From the NCBI GenBank assembly GCA_964106645.2, contig OZ067040.1: a stretch of 64,000 bases of DNA, one strand, 5' to 3'. Source of the DNA: Podarcis pityusensis (Eukaryota). The notes beneath the pieces are model-generated. The model saw only the letters and a list, made by a program, of their open reading frames with translations. It was not told the DNA's origin and ran no database searches. Positions 61,357-64,000 of this stretch are shown here, piece after piece (the stretch's first letter is position 1; the number at the start of each line of letters is the position of its first letter). The translations under genes were made by a program, and so were the position numbers.

Positions 61357-62536
61357 TATAGTCAACCATTCACTACAGTTATGCCACCTGTACTAGGATA
61401 CTCATTCTCATTCAAGAGCACATTTTTTAAAAAACAAACTACATCCCTGCTCAAGATAGTATAAAGGGAAAGCACGCATCTTTATATCAGTGCTGAAATC
61501 AAGTCTCTCAGACGTACTGCACAGATAATTTTTTGAGGAGGACAGGGAAGAACATAGGAATACTATGCTCACCCCAAGTCTTACTCTATTTACTTGGATG
61601 TAATGCACACCTATTTTGGCCAAATTACGTCATGAAAATTAGGGTGCGAATTAGATTTGATGGCATATTTACATTCACTAGCAAATATCTTTTTGGTTTC
61701 AAGGTTTTGAAATTTGAGGCGCGCAGTAGATTTGATGGTGCATTAGATTTGCGTAAATACGGTATAACAGCAAGTGAAGCAGAGCTGAACAAAATGTTTT
61801 CATATTAAAGGTACATTGAAACATGAGTTTTGATGAAACAGAGAGATTCTGATAGTTTTCAGCTGGAAGAATATTCCAGAACCATAGAACCTCCACAGAA
61901 ACATCTGACTCTCATGCTCACGATCTGAATACCATATCATGAAAAGGCAATGAGACAAAGGCCTCTGAGTTTGATCTTAGGTCCTGAAGGTTACCTGCTC
62001 CTTAACTACTTATGGCTATATGGGAAAAGCTAGAACCGGCACTATGAATTGTGTTGGAAAACAAAAAGAAAGCTAGTGAAGCCTCAGTGAGATTGGAGTT
62101 ATATGCTCCAACCTGTGAGCACCAGACAAAAGTCAGTCTGCCATATTTTAGACCAATTGAATCTTCCAGACCATCTCTGAGTGCAGTCCATATAGAAGAC
62201 ATTGCAGCTCATCTTCTCCAGGAAAGACTATAGCTGGAATATGAATAATACAATTCATCACAAGTCATTAGATACCATTCCACTAGATAGTCCAATCACA
62301 TGAATCCATTTCAGCTTGTGCAGGGTAAACTCCAGTTTATGTCTCATCAGTAACTTAACATCTTACATTTGGCAAGGGAACTAGCTTTGCTTTACTTACA
62401 ATTAAAACACCTTAATTTTAAATGCATTGCTACTGCTTGTTTCCAGATAAGCCACTAAAAGAACATACTATAAAACACTAGAAATTAACAAGCAACTGCT
62501 ACTCAGTGTACAAATTAAAAAATGATAGAATCTCAC

Positions 62537-62680
62537 TGCCAGCGGTCTCACATCTTCCATAGAAGCTTGTTTGGGCTTAATAAACTTTCCTTCAACCATA
62601 TGTGGTACTTTAGTATTCTCTGGTGTAAGCTGGAGACGAGATACCAGTGATTTTTGACGTCCTCTTTTCTTTTTATCCAT
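62537..62680 (-). CDS. DNAH14: DNAH14 first coding exon (putative ATG at 62680): MDKKKRGRQK...EDVRPLA
   Basis: ATG-initiated, donor GTGAGA, phase 0; possible acceptor at 62702; EDVRPL resembles the DNAH14 N-terminus. Confidence 0.65.
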
Positions 62681-62975
62681 CTTGGATTGGTATCTTTGGT
62701 CCTATTGCCAAGAGAGTTATCATATTATTTTTGAAATGTGGCAACCTGTTTTCAATGATATTTTTCTTTATTGCCAGAAGAAATTATACTCCCCATTTAT
62801 AGTGGCAACTTAAAAAAAAACCCCTGAGGTTTTGCTTGTCATAATTTTTATTAAAATATGTATCTTATATAAGAATGACAATGACCAAGGGTGCCAGCTT
62901 GAATAAAATAGGGGGGGGAGTCTGCATAATCAATCATAAAACGCTGTGCATGCACGCCATTTGAATGGCAATGCC

Positions 62976-63319
62976 CATGGGCATACCCACGATTTATTGG
63001 GGGGCGGGTGTCAGTTAAGTGTTGTTGTTGTTGTTTAGTCGTTTAGTCGTGTCCGACTCTTCGTGACCCCATGGACCAGAGCACGCCAGGCACTCCTGTC
63101 TTCCACTGCCTCCCGCAGTTTGGTCAAACTCATGCTGCTAGCTTCGAGAACACTGTCCAACCATCTCGTCCTCTGTCGTCCCCTTCTTCTTGTGCCCTCA
63201 ATCTTTCCCAACATTACTGTCTTTTCCAGGGAGTCTTCTCTTCTCAGTTAGTTAAGTACTTTTATTTATTTACTTGAGTTGGGGGCACCTCTCTACCCCA
63301 ACCCTTGGCTATGCCCACA
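62976..63319. mobile_element. hAT MITE (middle element of the nested cluster)
   Basis: CATGGGCATAC...GCTATGCCCACA; 8-bp TSD GCAATGCC. Confidence 0.78.
63021..63246 (-). mobile_element. Bov-B (RTE) LINE 3' end
   Basis: AGTCGTGTCCGACTCTTCGTGACCCCATGGAC and CCAACCATCTCGTCCTCTGTCGTCCCCTTCT; (AAC)n tail; AGTTAAGT direct repeat. Confidence 0.88.
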
Positions 63320-64000
63320 GCAATGCCTAACAACTTGTGGGGCCTTGGCCCCTAGGAGTTGGCACTTATGTTCTTACAAGTCATTTATGCTGGTAATTTA
63401 CACAGCTGTGAAACTATGAGATACCTTAAAACAAAAATATTTTTCAAATGGCCATAACTGAAAACTTACACTGAGCTTGCAGAGTATCTATGACATATGA
63501 TAAAAGCTATTGTTTTGACTCAGGCTATTTACATCTCAGCCTGCCTTTAAAAGGCTAACGCTCCATACACCTCTAACCTATTTGACCTATCTCTATACAA
63601 TACCTGTACAAAATTATGGGGGGGGCCTTCAACCCATGGTGCAAGCGAACCTACATGCAAATCTATTTAAAAATACATAAAACATCCTAAGCTTTACAAC
63701 ATTTGGTTTTCTCATTGAGTCACATTAGGCAGGCAAGCTCTTTCCTGTCAGGTTTCCCATTTGTTTTTGAATTTAAAAGACCTGCAAAACAGGCAGAAAT
63801 TCAAAAAAGGATAATCTGTTTTCAAATACCTCCCATCTCCCTGCTGTATTAAAAAGCTCCCCCTTACAGCTTTTAACCTTGGCTTTTGAACTGCAGAAGC
63901 AAATGTTGGTACTGTATGTTTCAGCCCTTTCCGAGGCTACAGAAGACCAAAGGCCTCCAAAAAGCTTGTAGTCCTGGAAAAATAGGCATAGAAATGAAGC

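Larger units (their letters stand above)
798..62680 (-). other. DNAH14: Dynein axonemal heavy chain 14 gene span (5' ~2,354 codons, 43 coding exons; gene continues beyond the window's left edge)
   Basis: Exons join in consistent phase at GT/GC-AG sites (7,063 coding nt). Motifs recalled from DNAH14 orthologues: [62 protein letters not shown]1 and AAA2 P-loops are present. Confidence 0.93.
62886..63370. mobile_element. hAT MITE (outer element of the nested cluster)
   Basis: Homologous to the reverse complement of 44000..44194 on both sides of the inner insertion. Confidence 0.75.

Overview
This is eukaryotic DNA, most likely from a squamate (probably a lacertid lizard), judged from a Sauria SINE, a Bov-B fragment and the L2/CR1/Penelope repeats. 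The whole window is the 5' part of an axonemal dynein heavy chain gene on the minus strand, recognised as DNAH14. I reconstructed 43 coding exons by hand (798..62680). They splice in consistent phase into an uninterrupted ORF of about 2,354 aa covering the N-terminal tail, linker, AAA1 ([15 protein letters not shown]) and AAA2 (GPTGGGKT). The gene continues past coordinate 1 and contains one GC-AG intron. Introns are packed with LINEs (L2, CR1, RTE/Bov-B, Rex1, Penelope), SINEs, solo LTRs and hAT or Tc1/mariner-type MITEs. The most notable observations are: (1) a perfect 5' half of tRNA-Gly(TCC) retroposed without a tail between 18-bp target-site duplications (TSDs); (2) a complete 1.9-kb non-autonomous L1-like element with its own coiled-coil ORF but no reverse transcriptase; (3) a Tc2-like MITE filled with a CpG-rich 118-bp tandem array of stacked palindromes; (4) three MITE families sharing one end architecture; (5) a CR1/tRNA-Lys SINE chimera, a Penelope fold-back with a decayed hammerhead core, and a triple-nested insertion. 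All family assignments come from motif recognition, not database searches.
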